Shown: positions 18,301 to 26,266 of the stretch, one piece after another | Position numbering within the stretch: the first letter of the stretch is position 1 | Layout: each line of letters starts with the position of its first letter | Origin: Euryarchaeota archaeon UBA549 | Lineage (GTDB): Archaea > Thermoplasmatota > Poseidoniia > Poseidoniales > Poseidoniaceae | Direction of reading: 5' to 3' | DNA length: 49,476 nucleotides | Assembly: GCA_002495645.1 (NCBI GenBank) | Contig: DAGF01000091.1 | Coordinates: 1 to 49,476 of the forward strand | Program-made: the position numbers and the translations under genes | The notes under the pieces: model-generated | What the model was told of the DNA's origin: nothing | Seen by the model: the letters and a program-made list of their open reading frames with translations, nothing else | The model's database searches: none

Positions 18301-19336
18301 AGCTGTCGCCGTTTCGGTAACCCCATGTCATGAACAACATGGTCTGGCCACCTTCATCTTCGATGGCGTTGCTCAAGTTCACAACAGCATTCTTGCTCTG
18401 CTGCCACATCGAATTCGTGGTCGGGAAGGAAGGCACTTGGCTTTGGTCTTGAAGGATGACGTAATCCCAGTTTGAGCCTCTGAGCGTGGTGTTCCATTGA
18501 TTTCCGGAAGTGTTCACGTTTTGCCAGTGTTGGGGGAGTCTCATTCCCCCTGCGGTGACCGACTGAACCGTGGCGTTGTAGCCGTCAGCATCCATGACGT
18601 CCTCTACAACCGACGCCAAATTGTTGGCACCGGTGTAACTGTTCCCCATCATCATGACGGACACTGAAGGTGTGGTGGTGTTGGTCGTACCGTTGTTTCC
18701 GGTGCCGTTATCGCTGGAGTTTCCGGAGGAATTCCCGGAGGAGCCGTTGGTGTGGTTGGCCCACCATGCGGCAAGGTCAGGTTGAACCTCAACATCCAGT
18801 AGGAAGGTATCGGTGACCGTCCCGAGGTTGTGAGCCGTGAAACTCACATCGATGCTCTCACCTGTGGCCATGTGAACCAGCGGTGAGCCGACGGTCGCCA
18901 AGGACGGGTGATAGGCTGGAGCGACCGAGACGAGCACATCCAAGTGGGTGAAATCACCGGAATCCGGTTCGCTGACGTTGATGGTGAACGACCCGCTGTC
19001 AGCCACCGTCGCACCCTCGTCAAGGCGAACGACGATGGTGGTGTTCTTTGACCAGGTGGGGAAGACGTTGTCCACGGTTGCCTCCACGGGAAGGATGTTC
19101 CAGTATGAGGCGAGCGCACCGGTGTAAACACTGAGGTTGTAGGATTCAATGCTGGTCCCGTTATTTCCCACCGTGAGCGTGATGTTGGTGCTTTGCCCGG
19201 GCGTCAATACCACATGTTGCACATCCGTGCTGAGAAGAATGGGCTCATCGGCTGACGCCGAGCCGACCAGCGGAGACATGCTCATCATGAGCAAAACGAG
19301 GACACAAGCAACCGCACGGGCAGGTCGGCTGGACAT
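15335..19336 (-). CDS. giant surface protein B: signal peptide, CARDB-like domain array with inserted SGNH-hydrolase-like domain, C-terminal TM, acidic tract and cytoplasmic zinc ribbon
   Basis: The track ORF starts at 19408 (TTG). ATG at 19336 gives MSSRPARAVACVLVLLMMSMSPLVGSASA. Repeated xNxG beta-sandwich signatures: TVGNNGTS, AHNLGTVTD, VTNTGNAPL, VNNHGSDE, LHNTGTSS, TNLGTASD, LTNTGNTED, VQNLGNAQ. SGNH-like domain at about 17945..18667 (MMMGNSYT, WDYVILQDQSQ, MTWGY, SDGSHPS). TM WLLAILAIQML followed by RRR. EAEEEDEAEEEEEEKD, then CPSC-x17-CPQC. Confidence 0.85.
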   Translation of the reverse strand: MSSRPARAVACVLVLLMMSMSPLVGSASADEPILLSTDVQHVVLTPGQSTNITLTVGNNGTSIESYNLSVYTGALASYWNILPVEATVDNVFPTWSKNTTIVVRLDEGATVADSGSFTINVSEPDSGDFTHLDVLVSVAPAYHPSLATVGSPLVHMATGESIDVSFTAHNLGTVTDTFLLDVEVQPDLAAWWANHTNGSSGNSSGNSSDNGTGNNGTTNTTTPSVSVMMMGNSYTGANNLASVVEDVMDADGYNATVQSVTAGGMRLPQHWQNVNTSGNQWNTTLRGSNWDYVILQDQSQVPSFPTTNSMWQQSKNAVVNLSNAIEDEGGQTMLFMTWGYRNGDSSNSFNNNFTTMQARLTEGYTRYAENISNAGNSVWIAPVGLAYKTVHDGVVADGDDPTVSGNLFYDLYTSDGSHPSLSGSYLAACVFHSSTTGETCVGSNDTVNLNANVKLALQQAADDTVFNQTTGMSYYPWEVSGTAAFGLGSSIPQGWYIQWQDDELTNIPAGGSASATLSITVPSDAAPDFYGYRLTIGSTNGNITSSTIIVVEVEAEPSASAAFLRQSDVFLPGASTTTGVQVTNTGNAPLNIDWTLSVPPSAGTTACTASLVTPQTLALQPDAVSEVEVVVDVDENADSSAQCPLRLTGHHAVDDATVLLEELDFTIDIDENVSFSLSGPMATVDVVPDIGANYEVRVNNHGSDETIFFLDIVESPSLNTVLVSASGVSVAAGEIGTWTVNTKGDVDLAGLFQQSFATSYNGQTSTVVVDIQLLEVDGLDIVPPSENRVLIAPGSTNNLSVVLHNTGTSSLSLTPTLAGLPSAVDVTFDVGAVDLEQSEQQSVVMTFAAATGATPGTSTATLTYLSGSLSVSYTFEVVVVEREQVAVNTVQDRLLASPASVSSAIVDATNLGTASDVYLVEWTTESQGNWFEFTVSPTTFQLDSGATQPISIGVREIATGAPDAGVIYTLRVVSTTNSEVHDEVLMTVQPVSVGASMTVLADVDSAAPGGSVYGTLVLTNTGNTEDTFSITTVGVDCGLDVSITVAPGLSTEYYGWSCVVPNSAEAGQKGISFRAVSGVRSNVVIEQSTLYTVEADWPGDALVALSFADGRLSLGVDSSTTTILTVQNLGNAQVSGTLDAFGQDTGLVVLEWVRMSDDQVTTDYTLTPGSSVDFQMTVISNTARTASSEIVIRATSAGGGVLITDESVPLPVSIEGPAIPPNGLSLPLGVSVSQPVALGVMGGGWLLAILAIQMLRRRTSKPVDVLEAEEEDEAEEEEEEKDLPELGYNECRLDGESKVNCPSCGARLGVPRGSVPPFRFTCPQCDNKIRVIE

Positions 19337-19425
19337 GGCATTACCAAAACGACACTGTTCAAGAGACTTCGGGCAACCCGACTCCTTCTTCTTTGGCTTT
19401 GGATTCAACCTAGTGCCCTCAGCGA

Positions 19426-20865
19426 ATGGTTCATGTTCTGTGCCTCAACCCCAACGACATGACCACTTGGGTTCCAACCGCTTACCGAACACACACCCTC
19501 GGCGAATTGCAAGCACAGGGCGCCGACCTCGTTGGAAAAGACGTCACTGTTATCGGATTCATGGAAGCCAACCGGGGCAAAGGAGCGATTTGTTTCGTCG
19601 ACCTTCGCGACGGAACTGGCAAAACGCAGGTCTTCCTCAAGGCGGACAACATCGGGGAAGAAGCCCTTGACACGGTTCAGCGAATGACCCGAGAGTCAAC
19701 CCTCCAATTCACCGGCACCGTGGCTCTCAAGCGCCCTCCCAAGGTGAAAGAAGGTGAACCAACCCCCCCGCCAGCCTACGAAGTCTTGGCCACTTCGGTC
19801 AATGTCATCGCACGAGCCGAGGCACCCCTCCCATTGGGCGTTACCGACAACGTCAATGTGGAACTCGACACCCGCCTTGACAACCGGTTCCTCGACCTCC
19901 GAAGAGCTCACGTGAACGCCATGTTCCGGCTGCGAGGCAAAGTCCTGCAGTACGGTCGAGAGCACCTCATCACCGAGGGCTTTGTCGAAACGCATACGCC
20001 AAAGATCGTCGCCACCGCCACCGAGGGCGGCGCTGACCTGTTTCCCATGCAATACTTTGACCGCCCAGCCTTCCTGAACCAATCCCCTCAATTGTTCAAG
20101 CAACTGTGCATGAGCGGCGGCCTCGAGCGGGTCTTCGAAATCGGTCCTGCCTTCCGAGCAGAAAAGAGCGACACCTATCGCCACCTGGCGGAATTTATTT
20201 CCTTCGATATTGAATGTTCTTGGGCCAACGACGACGACGTGATGGGCGTGCTTGAACGCATGCTCCACCACATCTGGAAATCGGTCGCCGAGGATGAAGA
20301 GTCGCAGGACCATATCGACACCATCAACGCTTTCCGTGCCGAGCAAGGTGAAGAGTTGGTCGAGGTCATCGTCCCAGAACTGCCCTTCCCTCGGGTGGAG
20401 TACGACGACGCCATCCGCATCATCAAGGAGAAAGGCGGCAGCATTGAGTGGGGCGACGACATCGACGCAGAGAACTCCGACCTCTTGGCTCAAGACCTCC
20501 CACAATTCTACTTCCTTCCGCGTTGGCCCATGTCCCTCAAGCCGTTTTACATCCACCAAATTGAAGGTGAAATTGGAAGCACGGGTGAACAACTCTCACG
20601 TGGCTTTGACCTCAACTTCGGAAGGGACGAAATGACCTCTGGCGGTCAGCGAGAACATCGCATTGATGTGTTGGTGGAAAACCTCCGCAACATGGATTTG
20701 GACCCCGAGGAATTCGAATTTTATGTCGCTGGTTTCCGCCACGGTGTGCCTCCACACGCTGGTTGGGGCCTTGGTGTTGAGCGCATTTTGATGAAGTTGA
20801 CAGGAGCGAAGAACGTCCGTGAAACGGTCCTCTTCCCCCGCGACCTTCGCCGATATTGCCCTTGA
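19426..20865 (+). CDS. aspS: aspartate--tRNA ligase, archaeal type
   Basis: N-terminal OB fold. Class II motifs [27 protein letters not shown] and [14 protein letters not shown] at 19426; an alternative ATG at 19459 gives [17 protein letters not shown]. Confidence 0.93.
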   Translation: MVHVLCLNPNDMTTWVPTAYRTHTLGELQAQGADLVGKDVTVIGFMEANRGKGAICFVDLRDGTGKTQVFLKADNIGEEALDTVQRMTRESTLQFTGTVALKRPPKVKEGEPTPPPAYEVLATSVNVIARAEAPLPLGVTDNVNVELDTRLDNRFLDLRRAHVNAMFRLRGKVLQYGREHLITEGFVETHTPKIVATATEGGADLFPMQYFDRPAFLNQSPQLFKQLCMSGGLERVFEIGPAFRAEKSDTYRHLAEFISFDIECSWANDDDVMGVLERMLHHIWKSVAEDEESQDHIDTINAFRAEQGEELVEVIVPELPFPRVEYDDAIRIIKEKGGSIEWGDDIDAENSDLLAQDLPQFYFLPRWPMSLKPFYIHQIEGEIGSTGEQLSRGFDLNFGRDEMTSGGQREHRIDVLVENLRNMDLDPEEFEFYVAGFRHGVPPHAGWGLGVERILMKLTGAKNVRETVLFPRDLRRYCP

Positions 20866-20879
20866 GCACGTGGCATCCA

Positions 20880-21614
20880 TCATCCGAAGAGCAGAAAGTA
20901 CCCGACGCCAAAGACCACCACGTCGCAGATGGCGTGGGTGATGTAGGGAATCCAAATGCTCCGATAACGCACGTAGAGCCAACTGAAGGCGGCGCCCCCA
21001 ACGAAAAGACCGAGGCAAGCCAAAAGGTTCGCCGTGAGCGAAAATCCGAGGAACCACAGGGCAAAGAAATGGTGGACAACGAACATGAGAGCAGATGCGA
21101 AAATGGTCGGCCAGCCCGGGCCAAAAACAACCTCGCCTTTCTCGACGAGGAACCAACGGAACACGTATTCCTCTAACACCGAATTTCCAACCGTCCAGAA
21201 CACGGCGGCGGCAATGTAGGTGTTGACATCGGTCAAGCCAAAGGGTTCGAGCGTCGCTCGGAATGTTTGCTGGTCTAGGCGCGACTCGCCGATGAACAAC
21301 CATGCCAGCACCATGACGACGGCAAAGACGAGTCCGATGGCGGTCGCTGCGCCATAGCCACCGTTTCGAACCGGCGACCACGACCATGATTTTCGGTCCA
21401 CGCTCAGATGCCACCACAATGGCAGGCCAAGCATCCAAGCCTTGGAGAGCAACCAAACGAGTTGTCCAACCAAACCTTCACCTGTACCAAACGAGGCCAG
21501 AATCGAAGCGGTGGGAGCTAGCCCAACCAGGAGGAAGGCAAGCAAAGCTCGTCGCTTTTCCAACACTTCACGCACCCCAATCCGTGTCAAGGCCCGTCCA
21601 ACCGGAGGTGTCAT
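20880..21614 (-). CDS. CPBP family intramembrane glutamic endopeptidase (CAAX protease/Abi-like)
   Basis: Motifs EEYVFRWF (EExxxR), FVVHHFF (FxxxH) and ITHAICD, in a multi-TM protein. The track ORF runs to 21977, but that part overlaps the upstream gene's tail in another frame. Candidate starts are ATG 21635, ATG 21614 and GTG 21575. All of them overlap the stop (21568..21570) of the upstream surface protein gene. Confidence 0.75.
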   Translation of the reverse strand: MTPPVGRALTRIGVREVLEKRRALLAFLLVGLAPTASILASFGTGEGLVGQLVWLLSKAWMLGLPLWWHLSVDRKSWSWSPVRNGGYGAATAIGLVFAVVMVLAWLFIGESRLDQQTFRATLEPFGLTDVNTYIAAAVFWTVGNSVLEEYVFRWFLVEKGEVVFGPGWPTIFASALMFVVHHFFALWFLGFSLTANLLACLGLFVGGAAFSWLYVRYRSIWIPYITHAICDVVVFGVGYFLLFG

Positions 21615-24546
21615 CGGACTCAACAACGGGCACATCCTCAACAGCCGTGGGCGTTGGTTGGAGAGCAGAAAGGTCGACGGGAACATCCGCATTCGCGCCA
21701 AGAGACGAGGGTTCGCTCGGTTCAGCCGTTGCCTGGAGTTGAGCCCCCCAATCTGATGCAGTTGGTTGCAGGGATTCAGCGGGTGTGGGCAAATGCGCAG
21801 GTTCTGCTGGTTGAGGAGGAGGGAGTGGTGGGGCTGTCGCCGGCGAGGAAAAGACGGGGGGTTGGGTCGGTCGGTTCTCGGGCACGACAAACATCGCTTC
21901 TTCAAACGCTGAAGGTGCAAACTCAAGTCCTCCCTCCGTCCTTCGCCGGTAGGCAACGGCGCCACCAGCGCATGCACCGACCAAAATCAGGAGCCACAAA
22001 ACCACGCCCAACCACGATGAAAAGGTCCCGCTGTTGGGAAAGGCGTCGTAGGCATCGGCGACGCCATCGCCATCAGCGTCGTATTTTGCCCCACTGTCAG
22101 TGGGGAAAGCATCCGCGTTGTCCCCGAGCCCATCACCGTCAGAATCCAGCGTTTCGGTGGCGTCATTGGGGAAGGCGTCGGCGTTATCGCCCACGCCGTC
22201 AAGGTCGGTGTCCAAGCATTCGTCAGGGTTCAATGGGAAGACATCGCTGTTGTCGCCGCATCCATCGTCGTCGGTGTCGTTCCATTCGCTGGCATCGTTG
22301 GGGAAGCGGTCCTGGTTATCCCCCACACCTTCGCCGTCGGTGTCGTTCCATTCACTGGCATCAAACGGGAAAGCGTCCCGGTTATCTCCGTAGGAATCGT
22401 TGTCTCGGTCGGCCCAATCAGTGGCGTCGTTTGGAAATAAATCGGTGTTATCGCCGTAGCCATCGGCGTCTGTATCAACCCATTCCGTAGGGTCGAAGGG
22501 GAAATCATCGTTGGTGTTGGCGTAACCGTCGCCGTCTCGGTCAGGACAGCCCATCGGGTAGAGGGAACGACCTGCTTCGAGCGGACACGCATCACCGTTA
22601 TCGCCGACGCCGTCGCCATCAAGGTCGGTCCACTCATCTTCGTCGGTTGGAAAGACATCGGCGTTATCGCCCACGCCGTCCTCGTCGGCGTCGCTGCATT
22701 CACTCGGGTCAAAGGGGAAGGCATCGCTGTTATCACCGCAGCCATCACGGTCGGTGTCCTTCCATTCCGTTGGATCGACGGGGAAGGCGTCCTCGCCATC
22801 CAGCCACGTATCGTCGTCCGTGTCTTCGTCTCGCTGGTCGGACCCGGCCGTCGTTTCATCGGCGTTTGACAGACCGTCGCCGTCGATATCGTCGTCCTCA
22901 GCGTCATGGCAGCCATCGCCGTCCAAATCAGCCTCATGAGGACCAATCCATCCCTGAGAGCAGACGTCATCACCATCCAACACCCCATCGTTATCATCGT
23001 CGTCGTCCTCCACATCCGAACATCCATCGCCGTCGTGGTCGTTCAAGTTGGGACTGAACGGGCAGGGGTCCGTCAAATCGCTAAGACCATCGCCGTCTGA
23101 ATCGCGCTGCGCAGCCGAACAGCCTCGCTCGTCAACGCTCTCGCCGTTGGCCGTTCCTTGGCATTCGTCCACGCCGTTCAACACCCCGTCTCCGTCGTCG
23201 TCAAGTTGCTCATAGGAACAACCCTGCGTGTTGGCTTGCTGGTCGGTTTGGGTCCAGGGGCATTGGTCGACCGTGTCCACAACGCCGTCGCCGTCCGTAT
23301 CGGCTGTGCCCACGGCTTCAATGGCATACCGTGCGATGACATCGTGCATCACGGACGTGGGGTGGGCCTTGTCGAAAAAGATGTACTCGTCAACGTTTGC
23401 AGCGATGCTGCTGCCGCTGTTGCAAATGGGAAGTGGCAAGAGCGTGGTTCCCCCCGAACAGGCTGCGTCCTGAACATTGGTCAGGCCGAGGGCTTCCTTG
23501 TTGGCCGTGATATCACCAAAAATGGTCCATGCATCTACGGTGTGGATGGTGATGCCGAGTTCAGCTCGAAGACTGATGATGATGTTGGCGAGTTGGTTGT
23601 TGTAATCAATGACCTCGTTTCGTATCGTTGTTTGTTGGGAGGATGAGCGGCTTTGAATTTCCGGCGTGTCCTCCAGCGGCGGTAAGTTTGGAACCACCAA
23701 GGTACGAGCACCCGCACCGGCCAGTTGGCGAATGTGTGCTTCCATGTTGGTGGCAATGGTATCGGCGTTGGCCGTCCCGTAGAGGAAGTCGTTACCGCCG
23801 GCCCAGAGGCTGACCACGGCGTTGCTCGGTATCGTGGCTTGGACATTGGCCAAATAACTGGAAATTTGCGTGCCAACGTTTGGAATGAGCAAATAGGCGT
23901 AGCCCGAACCGGTTTGCGCTCCACCAAAGGCTCGGTTCGCCCCGCTGGTCGCTATGCCAGAGCCGATGCTGCTGGTCAAACCGTAGGCATCGTACAGGCC
24001 GCCCAACCAGACCTCCCCGTTGGAAAAACGCCCTTGCCAGTAAGGCGGCACATCGGGTGTGTTGAGAATCGAGGCTTTCGCATTCCCCATGTCGGACAAG
24101 GAATCACCGAAAGCAAGCAAGGAGCCTGCAGTTCCCATCTTCACCTGTCGGAAAACAACAAAATGGATCTCCGCACTTCCAAGAACAGCGTCCGTGCTGT
24201 CGTAGACCACGACACTGACCTCGTGGAAATGTTCACCACGATAGAACATGGAGAGGTTGAGGTCAACAACGGTAAAAGTTCCCGTAGCCGTGAACAAAAG
24301 CGTCCCGTTGTCAACGGTTCCCGACCCATCGGACAACACCCACTCTGCTCGCATCACTTCGTTGTAAGGCGCATTGCGCAGTCGGAGGTCAACCTCCACC
24401 ACCTCTTGGGAGGTCCAATCATGCCGTGGGATTTCAAGCGAAACAACGGTGGAACGTGCGTCAATGGCGCCTGAAACGGGCAAAAGCGGGGCCATCAACA
24501 CGAAGAGGATGACCCAAACCAAACGTTGCACGAGTTTGCTATGCAT
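21568..24546 (-). CDS. surface protein C: signal peptide, beta-sandwich, GDSL/SGNH lipase-esterase domain, thrombospondin type-3-like Ca-binding repeat array, C-terminal TM, Pro-rich tail
   Basis: ATG at 24546 gives the signal peptide MHSKLVQRLVWVILFVLMAPLLPVSGA; the track start 24615 adds 23 atypical residues. Block I FGDSLSD (24091..24111, codons verified), block III WAGGNDF, block V FFDKAHPT. More than 15 DxDxDGxxD-type repeats follow. TM LGVVLWLLILVGACAGGAVAY followed by RRR. The 126-aa tail contains PPLPPP and ends SGWTGLDTDWGA. Confidence 0.88.
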   Translation of the reverse strand: MHSKLVQRLVWVILFVLMAPLLPVSGAIDARSTVVSLEIPRHDWTSQEVVEVDLRLRNAPYNEVMRAEWVLSDGSGTVDNGTLLFTATGTFTVVDLNLSMFYRGEHFHEVSVVVYDSTDAVLGSAEIHFVVFRQVKMGTAGSLLAFGDSLSDMGNAKASILNTPDVPPYWQGRFSNGEVWLGGLYDAYGLTSSIGSGIATSGANRAFGGAQTGSGYAYLLIPNVGTQISSYLANVQATIPSNAVVSLWAGGNDFLYGTANADTIATNMEAHIRQLAGAGARTLVVPNLPPLEDTPEIQSRSSSQQTTIRNEVIDYNNQLANIIISLRAELGITIHTVDAWTIFGDITANKEALGLTNVQDAACSGGTTLLPLPICNSGSSIAANVDEYIFFDKAHPTSVMHDVIARYAIEAVGTADTDGDGVVDTVDQCPWTQTDQQANTQGCSYEQLDDDGDGVLNGVDECQGTANGESVDERGCSAAQRDSDGDGLSDLTDPCPFSPNLNDHDGDGCSDVEDDDDDNDGVLDGDDVCSQGWIGPHEADLDGDGCHDAEDDDIDGDGLSNADETTAGSDQRDEDTDDDTWLDGEDAFPVDPTEWKDTDRDGCGDNSDAFPFDPSECSDADEDGVGDNADVFPTDEDEWTDLDGDGVGDNGDACPLEAGRSLYPMGCPDRDGDGYANTNDDFPFDPTEWVDTDADGYGDNTDLFPNDATDWADRDNDSYGDNRDAFPFDASEWNDTDGEGVGDNQDRFPNDASEWNDTDDDGCGDNSDVFPLNPDECLDTDLDGVGDNADAFPNDATETLDSDGDGLGDNADAFPTDSGAKYDADGDGVADAYDAFPNSGTFSSWLGVVLWLLILVGACAGGAVAYRRRTEGGLEFAPSAFEEAMFVVPENRPTQPPVFSSPATAPPLPPPQPAEPAHLPTPAESLQPTASDWGAQLQATAEPSEPSSLGANADVPVDLSALQPTPTAVEDVPVVESDDTSGWTGLDTDWGA
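22036..23304 (-). repeat. array of TSP type-3-like calcium-binding repeats (coding)
   Basis: Protein C aa about 438-860. The distal part is a regular roughly 23-aa unit, D.DGDG.GDN.D.FP.D..EW.DT. A 23-nt exact DNA repeat, tcggcgttatcgcccacgccgtc, occurs at 22178..22200 and 22658..22680, which indicates internal duplication. Confidence 0.8.
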
Positions 24547-24613
24547 CGGGGTTTGTAAGCCCTTTCCCACGATACGACACAAGCATGATAGCCTCATGTC
24601 CTCTGTTTGAGGC

Positions 24614-25360
24614 ATGGCCGTCGACCGAATGCAGTGGGGGGCCGAGGCGTGGCAGTACGCTGACCTTTACATGCCCGATGACCCCTCACCGTTCCAAAAA
24701 GACGAGGGCATCCCCTGCATCATGCTCATTCACGGTGGGTTTTGGAAGCAGCAGTACACGCTTGAGTTGATGCAACCCATCGCTGAAGACTTGGCGGAAG
24801 CCGGTGTGGCTGCTTGGAACATCGAATTCAAGCGGTGGGCACCGGGTGATGAAGGCGTTTGGATGGACACCCTTTCTGATGTTCTCAGAGCGTGGGGTCA
24901 ACTCGCCCTCCTTCCCGGCATCGACATCGCCCGCTCCATGGTGATGGGACACTCGGCGGGGGGCCAACTTGCGTTGTTGATGAGCGCGAAGGCCGAGCGA
25001 AGACCTTGGTTGGCCATTGCTCAAGCCCCCTTATCGGACCTCATTGGTGCTGACCACGCCCGCCTATCGGATGAGGGCGATGCCGTACGGCGCTGGATTG
25101 GTTGTGCACCCGAAGCCAACGAAACGCTCTGGCGGCAACTCAATCCTGTCGACCACCCACCGACCACGAGCGTGTTGCTGTTCCACGGCGAAGAGGACGA
25201 AGATGTGCCCGTTGAACAGTCCGAAACATATGCGAGGGTGATGAAGGCCAAGGGCGCTGACGTGCAGAAAGTTTGGCTTCCCGGCAATCACTACGACATC
25301 ATCGATGTGGCCTCCGACGATTGGCTGGTGCAACTCAACACCATCCTCGACTGGTTGTGA
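24614..25360 (+). CDS. alpha/beta hydrolase (esterase / arylformamidase-like)
   Basis: Oxyanion motif HGGFW. Nucleophile elbow GHSAGGQLAL. Later acidic (EEDEDVP) and His (GNHYD) candidates could complete the triad. 248 aa. Confidence 0.8.
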   Translation: MAVDRMQWGAEAWQYADLYMPDDPSPFQKDEGIPCIMLIHGGFWKQQYTLELMQPIAEDLAEAGVAAWNIEFKRWAPGDEGVWMDTLSDVLRAWGQLALLPGIDIARSMVMGHSAGGQLALLMSAKAERRPWLAIAQAPLSDLIGADHARLSDEGDAVRRWIGCAPEANETLWRQLNPVDHPPTTSVLLFHGEEDEDVPVEQSETYARVMKAKGADVQKVWLPGNHYDIIDVASDDWLVQLNTILDWL

Positions 25361-25441
25361 CACCAAGAACCACGCCCGACGGTAACCTCCTGCTTTTGGC
25401 TCCATCCCAAGGCCTATGACCTAGGGCGATGTCCACGGGCC

Positions 25442-26257
25442 ATGGACCTCCTCGGCAACGACTACCCGTTTGTTTCAACCGCCCTTGAAGGCAAGCACGC
25501 CTTTGTCTGCGGTGCGAGCCAAGGTATCGGTGAAGCCACTGCAAAAATGCTCGCAAAAGCCGGAGCTGACGTGACGGTCTGTGCACGAAACGGAGCGGCG
25601 CTGACGGCACTTTGCGAAGAATTGGGGCGCATCGGTTCCGGTCGCCACCAAGCTTTGATGCTCGATTTGGAAGAAACGGACAGCATCGATTCGGCCTTTG
25701 CATCAGCCGTTGAAACGTTGGGTCCGGTTCACATTCTCATCAACAACGCAGGCGGACCTCCCGGCGGACCGCTGCTGAACAACGAAGTGTCTGACTTTGA
25801 GGCCCCGTTCCGACGGCACCTCCACGCCGCCCACACCTTGGTCAAAGCCGCATCACCAGCCATGGAATCCGAAGGCTACGGCCGTATCGTGCAAATCATT
25901 TCCACCTCGGTCAAGGAACCCATTCCCAACATCGGTCTTTCAAACACCCTTCGGGGAGCCATGGCCTCGTGGGCGAAATCCATGTCCAACGAACTCGCCC
26001 CCTGCATCACCATCAACAACGTTCTTCCTGGATTCACCGACACCGAACGACTCGGTAATTTGTCGGCCTCCATCCAAGAACGCACGGGGAAGTCCGCTCA
26101 GGCGGTTCGTGAAGGCTGGTTGAACCAGGTGCCCATTGGCCGACTCATCGACCCCCTCGAGACGGCCAGTGCCATCACCTACCTCTGCCTCCCTGCTTCA
26201 GGCGGCATTCGCGGCGTGAGTTTGGCCGTGGACGGCGGACGACTCCGCTCAATTTGA
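25442..26257 (+). CDS. short-chain dehydrogenase/reductase family protein (atypical active-site region)
   Basis: Rossmann motif VCGASQGIGEATAKMLAKAGADV, then NNAGG. The region aligned to YxxxK reads GLSNTLRGAMASWAKSM. PGFTDT follows. Confidence 0.8.
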   Translation: MDLLGNDYPFVSTALEGKHAFVCGASQGIGEATAKMLAKAGADVTVCARNGAALTALCEELGRIGSGRHQALMLDLEETDSIDSAFASAVETLGPVHILINNAGGPPGGPLLNNEVSDFEAPFRRHLHAAHTLVKAASPAMESEGYGRIVQIISTSVKEPIPNIGLSNTLRGAMASWAKSMSNELAPCITINNVLPGFTDTERLGNLSASIQERTGKSAQAVREGWLNQVPIGRLIDPLETASAITYLCLPASGGIRGVSLAVDGGRLRSI

Positions 26258-26266
26258 GGTGGCCGC

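Noticed and set aside
19696-21456. ORFs 19696..20592(-) and 20596..21456(-), of 298 and 286 aa
   Set aside because: The first is antisense to aspS. The second is an alternate frame overlapping the aspS 3' end and the CPBP gene. Neither has motifs, whereas AspRS and CPBP have clear signatures.
21615-21977. N-terminal extension of the CPBP ORF (track start 21977)
   Set aside because: It overlaps the Pro-rich tail coding region of protein C in another frame, where stop codons are rare because of composition. The conserved CPBP core begins after about 21614.
24547-24616. Overlapping divergent start codons (minus ATG at 24613..24615, plus ATG at 24614..24616) for protein C and the alpha/beta hydrolase
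   Set aside because: The downstream ATG at 24546 gives a canonical signal peptide (MHSKLVQRLVWVILFVLMAPLLPVSGA). The 23-aa extension (MPQTEDMRLSCLCRIVGKGLQTP) is atypical. The overlap is therefore probably coincidental, and the region is a 67-nt divergent spacer.
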